Positions 8,804 through 16,951 of a stretch of 63,599 nt of DNA are shown here, in pieces. The stretch comes from Planctomycetales bacterium. GTDB lineage: Bacteria > Planctomycetota > Planctomycetia > Pirellulales > S012-138. How positions within the stretch are numbered: position 1 is the first letter of the stretch; each line of letters opens with the position of its first letter. Under the pieces are notes generated by a model. The model saw only the letters and a list, made by a program, of their open reading frames with translations. It was not told where the DNA came from and did no database searches. The translations under genes were made by a program, and so were the position numbers. The stretch covers positions 1-63,599 of the forward strand of contig WFOE01000064.1 in assembly GCA_015488215.1 (NCBI GenBank), written 5' to 3'.

Positions 8804-10138
8804 ATGTCCCGTGGCGTTTCTGCGGTTTGTGCCGATGGTTCCGGGTGTGCCGGCGCGGTGCCGAGCCGCGCTGCCCCGACGGAAAAACTCTGGCGGTTTC
8901 CGCTTCACGGCGGAAACGGGCGCAGCGCCGGAGTTGCGCTGGTGCTGCTCCCAGCTTTGCTCCTTGCCCTGGCCGGAAACGCCCCAGCCCAGCAGCAGGA
9001 TTGGAAACGGCTGCGCGAACTGATGGTGCAGCGCTATCTGGTGGCCGAAGGAATCACCAACGAGCGGGTGCTGGAGTCCATGCGGAACACTCCGCGGCAC
9101 CTGTTCGTGCCGCCCGACGTACGCCACCTGGCCTATCTGGACATGGCCCTGCCCATCGGCGGCAAGCAGACCATCTCGCCGCCTTACGTGGTGGCCTATA
9201 TGACGCAGATGCTCGACCCCCAACCGGAAGACCGCGTGCTGGAGATCGGCACCGGCAGCGGCTACCAGGCGGCCGTGCTCAGCCCGCTGGTCAAAGAGGT
9301 CTATACCATCGAAATCGTCCCAGAGCTGGCTCGTCGGGCCGAAAGCACGCTGCGGCGATTGGGCTACCTGAACGTATTCGTACGCCAGGGGGACGGATTC
9401 AAAGGCTGGCCCGAAAAAGCCCCCTTCGACAAGATCATCGTCACTTGCTCGCCCCAGAAGGTGCCGCGGCCGCTGGTGGATCAGCTCAAGCCGGGCGGGC
9501 TGATGATTATTCCCCTGGGCGAGCGTTACCAGCAGCGGCTCTACCTGCTTCGCAAGGAAGGCGGCCGGCTGGTGACCAAGTCGCTGGAGCCGACGTGGTT
9601 CGTGCCGATGACCGGCCGGGCCGAAGCGTTGCGGCGGGGGCAGGACCCCCAGCGTCCTCGTCTGCTCAACGGCGGCTTTGAACACTACGACGCCGAAACC
9701 GGCCGTCTGGAAGTCTGGTACTACCAGCGACAATGCACCGTGGCCGTGGGAACCGAAGACGATCCGGCCCCCCAGGGCAAGCACTACGCCGTGTTTCGCA
9801 ACACGCGGCGAGGGCGGATGTCCCAGGCCCTCCAGGCCTGCGCCGTCAACGGCAAGCTGGTGCGGCGGGTGCAGATTTCCGGTCGCGTGCGCCTGTTCCA
9901 GGTGAGCCCCCGGCCGCAGGACAAGGAACGAGCCGTGGTGCTGGTGCTGTTCTTTGACGAGGACCGCCGCCAGGTGGGCCAGGAGTTCCTGGGCATGTGG
10001 CGAGGCACTTCCCCCTGGAAGCGGTTTCGGTTTACGATTCGAGTCCCCTCCCAGGCCCGGCACATGGTGGTCGGCATCGGGTTGTTCGGAGCCGTGGGCC
10101 GCGTGGATTTCGACGATTTGCAAGTCCAGGCCCGGTAA
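8804..10138 (+). CDS. pcm: Protein-L-isoaspartate O-methyltransferase with signal-like N-terminus and a C-terminal extra domain of about 165 aa
   Basis: In-frame ATG at 8804 within ORF 8315..10138. PCMT motifs: RHLFVP, QTISPPYVVAYM, VLEIGTGSGYQAAVL, PGGLMIIP. The extension begins near NGGFEHYD. Confidence 0.85.
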   Translation: MSRGVSAVCADGSGCAGAVPSRAAPTEKLWRFPLHGGNGRSAGVALVLLPALLLALAGNAPAQQQDWKRLRELMVQRYLVAEGITNERVLESMRNTPRHLFVPPDVRHLAYLDMALPIGGKQTISPPYVVAYMTQMLDPQPEDRVLEIGTGSGYQAAVLSPLVKEVYTIEIVPELARRAESTLRRLGYLNVFVRQGDGFKGWPEKAPFDKIIVTCSPQKVPRPLVDQLKPGGLMIIPLGERYQQRLYLLRKEGGRLVTKSLEPTWFVPMTGRAEALRRGQDPQRPRLLNGGFEHYDAETGRLEVWYYQRQCTVAVGTEDDPAPQGKHYAVFRNTRRGRMSQALQACAVNGKLVRRVQISGRVRLFQVSPRPQDKERAVVLVLFFDEDRRQVGQEFLGMWRGTSPWKRFRFTIRVPSQARHMVVGIGLFGAVGRVDFDDLQVQAR

Positions 10139-10162
10139 CCTACCCGCGAAAGACCCCTTTCC

Positions 10163-10747
10163 ATGCGAAAAGCCCAAATCCAGCGCCAAACCGGCGAAAC
10201 CGACATCCAACTGGAACTAAACCTGGACGGCCAGGGGCGCTTCCAGGGCAGTTCCGGCGTGGGTTTTCTGGACCACATGCTGCAACTGTTTGCCCGCCAT
10301 GCCGTCATGGACCTGGAGCTTGCAGCCCAGGGCGACTTGCACGTGGACCAGCACCACACGGTCGAAGACGTGGGCATTTGCCTGGGCCTGGCCCTGGAAA
10401 AAGCCCTGGGCGATAAAGCCGGCATTGCCCGTTACGGTCACGTGGTCCTACCGATGGAAGAGGCGCTCTGCACGGTGGCCGTGGACCTGAGCGGGCGGCC
10501 GTATGTGGTGTTCCAGGTCGATTTTCCCACCGAGAAGATCGGCCAGTTCGATTCCCAACTGGTCGAAGATTTCTGGTACGCGGTGGCCACGCACGGGCGG
10601 TTCAACCTGCACGTGCTGATGCACTACGGGCGAAATAGCCACCACATGGCTGAAGCGGTGTTCAAGGGGGCGGCTCGGGCTCTTCGGGCGGCGGTGGCTC
10701 CCGACCCGCGCCAGCCCGGCGTGCCCAGCACCAAGGGCGTGCTCTAG
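10163..10747 (+). CDS. hisB: Imidazoleglycerol-phosphate dehydratase
   Basis: 194 aa. Motifs [26 protein letters not shown] and [11 protein letters not shown] are hallmark IGPD motifs. Confidence 0.95.
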   Translation: MRKAQIQRQTGETDIQLELNLDGQGRFQGSSGVGFLDHMLQLFARHAVMDLELAAQGDLHVDQHHTVEDVGICLGLALEKALGDKAGIARYGHVVLPMEEALCTVAVDLSGRPYVVFQVDFPTEKIGQFDSQLVEDFWYAVATHGRFNLHVLMHYGRNSHHMAEAVFKGAARALRAAVAPDPRQPGVPSTKGVL

Positions 10748-10775
10748 CTAGTCCCCAGGCTCGAGGGATCCGCCG

Positions 10776-10895
10776 ATGGTACGCTGGCCGCGACGAACCT
10801 GGACCACGCTCTACACCTACGCCGTCGTCTTCATCGGGGTGCCGGTGCTTTGCTACCTGGCCTGGGCCTGGGTCCGCGGCCGCTGGCCGTGGTAA
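10776..10895 (+). CDS. Possible 39-aa single-TM micro-protein
   Basis: ATG..TAA, read by hand because it is below the ORF-track cutoff: MVRWPRRTWTTLYTYAVVFIGVPVLCYLAWAWVRGRWPW. It starts 29 nt after the hisB stop. There is no homology evidence. Confidence 0.25.
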   Translation: MVRWPRRTWTTLYTYAVVFIGVPVLCYLAWAWVRGRWPW

Positions 10896-10919
10896 GGGGC
10901 TTGGGGGCGTGGGAGGGAA

Positions 10920-11076
10920 GGCGAGCCGCCGACTTTAGTCGGCGGAGGAACAGCGAGCCGGGAGCGTCCACTCCCGGAGGCGGCTCCCGCCGCAGCCACT
11001 GGGTGCTTCCGCACCACTGCAAGAATACGTGTATTCCTGCATTTGACTCTCCTCGGACTGAAGTCTCACGCTCCTC
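10920..11076 (+). repeat. Intergenic mosaic repeat, family R2, copy 1 (5' hairpin module duplicated)
   Basis: GGCGAGCC-GCCGAC-TTTA-GTCGGC-GGAGG, then a second GCGAGCC hairpin, then the core ...CAGCCACTGGGTGCTTCCGCACCACTGCAAGAAT..., then a degenerate inverted module CGGACTGAAGTC. It aligns with the copies at 12874 and 52590. Confidence 0.8.
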
Positions 11077-11245
11077 AACGTCCGGCAAAATCGCACCTTC
11101 AGAGGTACAAAACCGAAGCTCGGGCCAACGGTGCTTCCTGACCTATCAACAACTTGGCGAAACGCCGCCCAGGTGCTAAACAAGACGAGCACGGCAACAG
11201 TTGTTTCCGCCCCTTGTGTTTGCTTCCACGCGGATTGTCCCGACG

Positions 11246-12724
11246 ATGAACGACCCGGGCTACAAATACGACCTGGTGGTGGGCCTGGAGGTCCACGTGC
11301 AGTTGCTTACCCGCACCAAGCTGTTTTGCGGGTGCCCGAACCGCTTCGGCGAAGAGCCCAACACGCTCACCTGCCCGGTGTGCATCGGGATGCCGGGCGT
11401 GCTGCCGGTGATGAACCGCCACGCGTTCCAGTTGGCCTTACGGGCGGCCGTGGCGCTGAACTGCCAGATTGCCCCCTTTACCAAATGGGACCGCAAAAAC
11501 TACTACTACCCTGATCTGCCCAAGGGCTACCAGATTAGCCAGTACGATCTGCCCTTCAGCCACGACGGCCACCTGGAGATCAGCGACCCGAAAGGCGCCT
11601 TCGAGCCCAAGCAGGTGGGCATCATCCGCGTGCATCTGGAAGAAGATGCGGGCAAGAGCCTGCACGACGAGGCGGCCGGCCGGGCCGACAGCCGCATCGA
11701 CCTGAACCGGGCCGGAACGCCGCTGCTGGAAATCGTTACCCGGCCCGACATCCGCTCTCCGCAAGAAGCCAAAGCCTTTCTGACCGAACTGAAGCTGCTG
11801 CTTTCCTATCTGGAAGTGTCCGATTGCAACATGCAGGAAGGGTCGCTGCGGGTGGATGCCAACGTAAACCTGCACATCCACACACCCCAAGAAGTGGTGC
11901 CCACGCCGATTGTGGAAGTGAAAAACATGAACAGCTTCCGGGCGGTGGAGCGAGCCCTGGCCTACGAAGCCACCCGGCAGTACCAGCAGTTCTTGGAAAC
12001 CGGACAGCGGTTGGGCCAGGTGCCCAAACAGACTCGCGGCTGGGACGACCAGGCCCAACTGACCCGACCCCAGCGGCAAAAAGAGGAATCGAGCGACTAC
12101 CGCTACTTTCCCGAACCGGACCTGGTGCCGGTGACCGTCAGCCCGGAGGAAGTGGAACAAGTGCGCCGCAGCCTGGGCGAACTGCCCGCGGCCATCCGCC
12201 GCAGGCTGCAAGAGCAGTACGGCATCACCGCTTATGATGCTGACGTAATCGTCAGCCAGGGACGTGGGGTGGTGGAGTACTTTGAGCAGGCGGCCCAGGC
12301 CAGCGGCAACGGCAAGCAGACGGCCAACTGGGTCCAGCGGGACGTACTGCGGGAACTGAAAGAGCGCAATTGCCCCATTGAGCAATTCCCCCTGCCCGCA
12401 GAACGCCTGGCCGAACTGGTGCAGCGGATCGACCAGGGCAAACTGGACACCAGCCGCAGCCGCGAGGTGTTTCAGCACATGCTCCAGCACGGCACCACGG
12501 TCGACGAGGCGATGGAACAGTTGGGCATAGAAACCGTGGACGAATCCACGCTGCGGGAACTTTGCCAGGAGCTGGTGCAGGCCAACCCCAAGGTGGTCGA
12601 ACAGGTCAAGCAAGGCAAAACCAAGGCCATCGGCGCTCTGGTCGGCCAGGCCAAGAAGCGAAACCCCAACGTGGACCCCCGCCGGGTGCAGCAGATCTGC
12701 CTGGAGCTGATTCAGGGGACGTGA
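11246..12724 (+). CDS. gatB: Asp/Glu-tRNA(Asn/Gln) amidotransferase subunit B
   Basis: ATG at 11246 (MNDPGYKYDLVVGLEVHVQL...) is the canonical GatB N-terminus. The C-terminal GatB/YqeY tail is present. Confidence 0.95.
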   Translation: MNDPGYKYDLVVGLEVHVQLLTRTKLFCGCPNRFGEEPNTLTCPVCIGMPGVLPVMNRHAFQLALRAAVALNCQIAPFTKWDRKNYYYPDLPKGYQISQYDLPFSHDGHLEISDPKGAFEPKQVGIIRVHLEEDAGKSLHDEAAGRADSRIDLNRAGTPLLEIVTRPDIRSPQEAKAFLTELKLLLSYLEVSDCNMQEGSLRVDANVNLHIHTPQEVVPTPIVEVKNMNSFRAVERALAYEATRQYQQFLETGQRLGQVPKQTRGWDDQAQLTRPQRQKEESSDYRYFPEPDLVPVTVSPEEVEQVRRSLGELPAAIRRRLQEQYGITAYDADVIVSQGRGVVEYFEQAAQASGNGKQTANWVQRDVLRELKERNCPIEQFPLPAERLAELVQRIDQGKLDTSRSREVFQHMLQHGTTVDEAMEQLGIETVDESTLRELCQELVQANPKVVEQVKQGKTKAIGALVGQAKKRNPNVDPRRVQQICLELIQGT

Positions 12725-12789
12725 AGGCGTGGGGCGTGGAAGTTTGGGGGGTGAAGGGCGCAAGCCCCGCACGTCAGTGCGGGGAGAAA

Positions 12790-12845
12790 CGGCGCAAAAC
12801 GGCTTGCGGCTTGCGCCGTGCGCCTTGCACGGTGCTACCGCATCG
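12790..12845 (-). repeat. Intergenic repeat, family R1, truncated copy
   Basis: Carries the reverse-complemented R1 core CGGCTTGCGGCTTGCGCCGTGCGCCTTGC plus the GGTGCT(A/T)CCGCA arm. It lacks the CAAGAC heptamers. Confidence 0.7.
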
Positions 12846-12873
12846 GGGCAAGAACAAGCGTTATACTCGCACC

Positions 12874-12997
12874 TGGCGAGCCGGGAGCTTCAGCTCCCGG
12901 AGGACGGCACGGCCGTCAGCCACTGGGGGCTTCCGCACCAGCGCAAGTAGTAAGCCAAGAAACGTCGCACCTCCCCGGACTAAAGTCCGGGGCTCGC
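12874..12997 (+). repeat. Intergenic mosaic repeat, family R2, copy 2 (best-preserved inverted ends)
   Basis: GGCGAGCC-GGGAGC-TTCA-GCTCCC-GGAGG ... core ... CCTCC-CCGGAC-TAAA-GTCCGG-GGCTCGCC. The ends form terminal inverted repeats. Confidence 0.85.
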
Positions 12998-13080
12998 CGG
13001 GGCGCCGAGTCGAATCATTTGCGCTCGTATGCTCGAAGAGCATTAGCCGGGCTTTTCGTGGTCGAGAAGAACCGCAAGCC

Positions 13081-14115
13081 ATGTCGCTGCATCCGGTCGA
13101 ACAAGCGCTGCTGGCTCGATGGCCCTTGGAACAATGGGCCGACACGCGCAGCGTGCTGGCCGTCTCCGGCGGTTGCGACTCCGTGGCGTTACTGCTGGCC
13201 TGCGTCAACGCGGCCCGGCAACTGGCCCCCGAGGTGCTTTCCCGGCAGCGGCTGCATGTGGCCCATTTCAACCACCGCTGGCGGGCCGAGGCGGATGAGG
13301 ACGCCCGATTCGTCCAACAGCTTTGCCACCGCTGGCAGTTGCCGTTTCATCAAGGAGAAGCCCCCCGTCCCACCCGCAGCGAAGCGGCCGCCCGGCGGCA
13401 GCGCTACGCTTTTCTGCAACAGGTGGCCGGCCGGGTCGGGGCACGGTTCGTCGCCACCGCCCACACGGCCGACGACCAGGCCGAAACCGTGCTGCACAAT
13501 CTGCTTCGCGGGAGCAACCTGGCCGGGCTAGCGGGTATTCCGCCGCTGCGGGCGCTCAGCCCCCTGGTGGTGTTGGTGCGCCCGCTTTTGGGTTGCTGGC
13601 GAAGCGAGCTACGACAGTACCTTCAAACGCAGGGGCAATCCTACCGGGAAGACGCCACCAACCGGCTGCTGCGGTTCCGGCGCAATCGGCTCCGCCACCA
13701 GGTGCTTCCCCGATTGCAGCGTCTGTACGGGCCGGAGTTGCCACGCCGTCTGGTTCAACTGGCCGGCGCCGCCCGGGAACTGTACGACTACCTGAGCCGG
13801 CAAGCCCGCTCCTTGCTGAACCGGGTGCAGCTTGATGACGAAGCGCCCGGAACAATCTGCCTGGCCACAGCCGAGCTGGAGAAAGAACCGGCTCTGCTTG
13901 TGCGCGAAATGTTCGTGCAGCTTTGGCGGGAGCAACAATGGCCCCGGGGAGAGATGACCCGGGCCCACTGGCACCAACTGGCCCAGGCGGCCCGGGGGCC
14001 CGAGTCCGCGCTGCCAGCTTCCCTGAAGCGGTTCCACCTGCCCGGGGCGATTCTGGTGTGCCGCGAGGGCGACCGGCTGTTTCTGCGGCGTTCCTCGCCC
14101 GAAGCGGGCCGTTGA
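13081..14115 (+). CDS. tilS: tRNA(Ile)-lysidine synthase
   Basis: ATG at 13081 inside ORF 12562..14115. PP-loop SGGCDS. The upstream part of the ORF runs through repeats and the gatB 3' end and was discarded. Confidence 0.9.
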   Translation: MSLHPVEQALLARWPLEQWADTRSVLAVSGGCDSVALLLACVNAARQLAPEVLSRQRLHVAHFNHRWRAEADEDARFVQQLCHRWQLPFHQGEAPRPTRSEAAARRQRYAFLQQVAGRVGARFVATAHTADDQAETVLHNLLRGSNLAGLAGIPPLRALSPLVVLVRPLLGCWRSELRQYLQTQGQSYREDATNRLLRFRRNRLRHQVLPRLQRLYGPELPRRLVQLAGAARELYDYLSRQARSLLNRVQLDDEAPGTICLATAELEKEPALLVREMFVQLWREQQWPRGEMTRAHWHQLAQAARGPESALPASLKRFHLPGAILVCREGDRLFLRRSSPEAGR

Positions 14116-14187
14116 GGCTTTTCTCTGGTTGGTTCTTGCCTGTCGTTTGTCGTCCCGGGACGAAAGCGCCGCGTTTCGGGAGCGTGT

Positions 14188-15501
14188 CTATTCGTCGGTA
14201 AAGGGACCGGCCCCCTGGCTTTCGAGCACTTGGCGCACCTGCTGTCCGTCCAGTTCGGCTACGGTGGTTTTGCTGCGTACGGCCAGCGCGGCGGCCGTGC
14301 CCGCGGCTTGCCCCATGCCCATGGCCGTGACCGAAACGCGCGTGCTGCTGGCCGCCTCGGCCGTGGCCGAATGGCACCGCCCGGCCACCAGCAGGTTTTC
14401 CACTTGGGAAGCCACCAGCGTGCGGTAGGGGATGTCGTAGGGGTCGGGCTGAAAGCCCTGGTTGTCCGGATCGTTGGCCGTGCCCACCGTGGTGGTGTTG
14501 GGATGCCGGTCCAGGTACCAGCAGCCGGTTACCACCGCGTCGGCGAATCGTCGGCCGCGGCGAATGTCCTCGGCGGTGATGGTGTACCGTCCCACCACCC
14601 GTCGCGTTTCGCGAATGCCGATGTAAGGGCCGCTGGTGATGAAGTAGCTGTCCTCGAACCCGGGCACTTCTTTCTTCCACTGCTGGAACATGGTCCAAGC
14701 GTCGGCCCGGCCCTGCATTTCGGCCCGGGTCAAATCGGCCGCGTCGGTAGCGTTGCCCGGTACCCGCACTGCGTGGACGTAGGCTTCGTCCCGGGCAAAG
14801 CAGAAGATCAGCCCGGGACCGTAGAACATGGGAAGTTTCCCTTGGGCATGGGCCCGCTGCAGCGCTTGCCGAGCCAGTTGGTTCAACCGAGGATGCCGCC
14901 GCACGTTGCCGATGCGGAAGTGGAGCGTCATGGGCATCAGCTCCGGCTGCTGGCGGCAGGGCACCTCGGCCCAGTAGGCCACGTCGGCATCGCCGGTGCA
15001 GTCGATCACCACGCGCGGCTCAATCCGCACCAGACCGTCCTTGTTGGCCACGAGCACCGCCCGGATGCGCTCCCCCCGCCGCTCCACCGCGCAGACGCTG
15101 CTGTGGTAAAGCACCTGGAGCATCTGCCCGTGGTCGGTAAGCAACTGGTCGGCCAGCAGCTTGAACCGCTCCGTGGAGTCGATGGTGGGATTATGGGGGC
15201 GGATGTGCGTCTGGTCGGGCTTGGCCCGGCCCATCTTCACCAGCAGCTCCAGAGCGATGCCCCGGACGACAATCCGCCCGGTGCGTTTGTCGGCCACGCC
15301 GTCGAAAAAGGGGAGCCCCACCGTGGTGATAATCCCTCCGGCAAAGGGGGCCCGTTCCACCAGCAGCGTGCGGGCGTTGTTCCGCGCGGCGGCCACAGCG
15401 GCCACCAGCCCGGCACATCCGCCGCCGCAAACCAGCACGTCCGGGGTAAACTTGGCGGCAGTTTTCACTTGGTCCAGACTCCGGCAGGAGGAGAGTAACA
15501 C
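14188..15501 (-). CDS. FAD-dependent oxidoreductase (FAD_oxidored / GidA-like N-terminus)
   Basis: Dinucleotide-binding DVLVCGGGCAGLVAAVAAAR near the N-terminus. The start is uncertain: GTG at 15501 or GTG at 15468. Confidence 0.8.
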   Translation of the reverse strand: MLLSSCRSLDQVKTAAKFTPDVLVCGGGCAGLVAAVAAARNNARTLLVERAPFAGGIITTVGLPFFDGVADKRTGRIVVRGIALELLVKMGRAKPDQTHIRPHNPTIDSTERFKLLADQLLTDHGQMLQVLYHSSVCAVERRGERIRAVLVANKDGLVRIEPRVVIDCTGDADVAYWAEVPCRQQPELMPMTLHFRIGNVRRHPRLNQLARQALQRAHAQGKLPMFYGPGLIFCFARDEAYVHAVRVPGNATDAADLTRAEMQGRADAWTMFQQWKKEVPGFEDSYFITSGPYIGIRETRRVVGRYTITAEDIRRGRRFADAVVTGCWYLDRHPNTTTVGTANDPDNQGFQPDPYDIPYRTLVASQVENLLVAGRCHSATAEAASSTRVSVTAMGMGQAAGTAAALAVRSKTTVAELDGQQVRQVLESQGAGPFTDE

Positions 15502-15754
15502 TCAGGCGGCGTTTGTCTCAGACGCCTCTCCCATGATGCAAGAACACGGTCCGCCGCAGAAGGCTTTGTCGCCGCCGAGGACCGCACAGCCCATTTGAAA
15601 TCGGGCAGGACGCCGGTTTCGTTGCACCCTGCCCCCCGTGCCGACGTTCCAAGTGGTATGCAGCTTTGTCGCACGGCTTTTCTTTCCCCCGGGGCTGCTT
15701 ACAATGGCCCGCAATCCCCGGACGGTTTGCCCCCCTCCTGGCAAGGAAACACCG

Positions 15755-16717
15755 ATGGAATTGCTCGCTTCCGGCGGCATGGCTCTGCTGGCTTCGCTGC
15801 ACCTGGCCTTGGTGGGACAAGCCACATTCGGGCCGTTGCTGGCCTTGCACTTGCGCTGGCGAGGCTCCCGGCACGCGGGGCTCCCGGCCCAGGAATTGGC
15901 CGCCCGGATTACGCGTGTTTCGGTGCATGCGTTCTGGGGCGTAGTGCTTACCGGAGTGCTGATGCTCGGGCTGTATTTTCGTCCCGGCTCCTCGGCCGAA
16001 TCGCTGCATCCCATCTTGCAAGGTCTCAAAGTGTTGCCGCATCGCCGCCTGGTCTTCGGTGTTATCGAGCTGGCGTTCACCTGGGCGTGCCTGGAACTGG
16101 CCCTGTGGGGATGGCGCCGGTGGCGGGCCGGCTGGGTCTATCTGTTGCTGGTCCTGGCGGCAACCAACCTGCTGTGGCATTTTCCCGTGTTGTTTACGGC
16201 CATGAGGGTCGCCGCGGGACGCCCTGAGCTTTGGGGACGAGAGCTCTCCTACCACGAAACCCTGGCTCTGTTTGCCCAGGCGGAAACCCTGGCTCGGGTG
16301 TTCCATTCGCTGGCCGGGGCACTGGTCGCCGCGGCCGCCATCAGCACCTGGCTGCTGCTTCCTCCGCGGTGCGAATCGGCCGATGCGGGCGAACTTCCCG
16401 CGCAATCGGAAACGCCCCCTGCCTACCGGTTCAGCCTGTCCTGGGGCCGAATGGCGCTTGCTGCCGGGCTGCTTCAGCTTCCCCTGGGCGTGTGGCTGTT
16501 GATGGTATTGCCGGAAGCGAGCCAGCGGGGACTCATGGGCGGGCAACTGGCTGCCACAGCCGCTTGGGGAGCCGGGCTGGTGCTGGCCTTGCCTTTATGG
16601 CACGTTCAGGCGACCTGGGCTTTGGGGCAGGTGAACCGCCCTACGCTGCGTCGCTGCTTGTTCCTGCTGGGCGTGGTGATGTGGCTCATGCTGTTGGCCG
16701 ATCATTTGAACCGCTAG
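15755..16717 (+). CDS. Polytopic membrane protein, about 7-8 TM, His/Trp-rich (hypothetical)
   Basis: ATG at 15755 within ORF 15638..16717. Alternating hydrophobic segments. No family recognised. Confidence 0.6.
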   Translation: MELLASGGMALLASLHLALVGQATFGPLLALHLRWRGSRHAGLPAQELAARITRVSVHAFWGVVLTGVLMLGLYFRPGSSAESLHPILQGLKVLPHRRLVFGVIELAFTWACLELALWGWRRWRAGWVYLLLVLAATNLLWHFPVLFTAMRVAAGRPELWGRELSYHETLALFAQAETLARVFHSLAGALVAAAAISTWLLLPPRCESADAGELPAQSETPPAYRFSLSWGRMALAAGLLQLPLGVWLLMVLPEASQRGLMGGQLAATAAWGAGLVLALPLWHVQATWALGQVNRPTLRRCLFLLGVVMWLMLLADHLNR

Positions 16718-16951
16718 CTTTCCTGCGGACGGCATCGGCCGGCCCGACAGGCTGCGGGACGAAGAAGTTTCAGCCGGCCAGAAGCTTCCACAAGCGAGCT
16801 TCAGGCCCCAGGAGCTTCTGCGCGTGAGGTTTGGGAAACGGACGACTTTTTTCTTGCGCCAAGACGCCCCATGGTGGAAAATGCCGGAAAGACCGTTCGC
16901 CGTAGCGCCCGAAGCGAAACCGCGTTCCACCTGAGTGGGAGGAAGAAACGA

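Noticed and set aside
8405-10210. 601-aa ORF antisense to pcm. Similar long antisense ORFs are 127..756, 805..1386, 2608..3807, 5419..6642, 11438..12772, 14230..15498, 22778..24238, 41658..43502, 43061..45499, 46850..48067, 48128..49192, 49473..50603, 55605..57140, 57830..59044 and 59649..61424.
   Set aside because: Each lies opposite a gene with unmistakable family motifs. Their products are Arg/Gly/Pro/His-rich low-complexity strings, typical of shadow ORFs in GC-rich DNA. None has a recognisable motif.
12729-12950. Apparent conserved peptide EDGTAV(S/G)(H/D)W(G/A)L(P/L)HQ, translated from R2 copies (ORFs 12729..12950, 52444..52701 and 10850..11179).
   Set aside because: There is no start codon in a conserved position. 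Differences between copies hit first and second codon positions rather than wobble positions, and the stops differ. The conservation is better explained at the nucleotide/structure level.
12562-13080. N-terminal extension of about 170 aa on the tilS ORF.
   Set aside because: The extension overlaps the gatB 3' end and runs through the R1/R2 repeats. The canonical TilS N-terminus with the PP-loop starts at ATG 13081.
14150-14163. Perfect 14-bp palindrome TCGTCCCGGGACGA between convergent tilS and the FAD oxidoreductase, considered as a bidirectional terminator.
   Set aside because: The effective stem is only about 5 bp once a loop is allowed, and there is no U-tract on either strand. It could be chance in GC-rich DNA.
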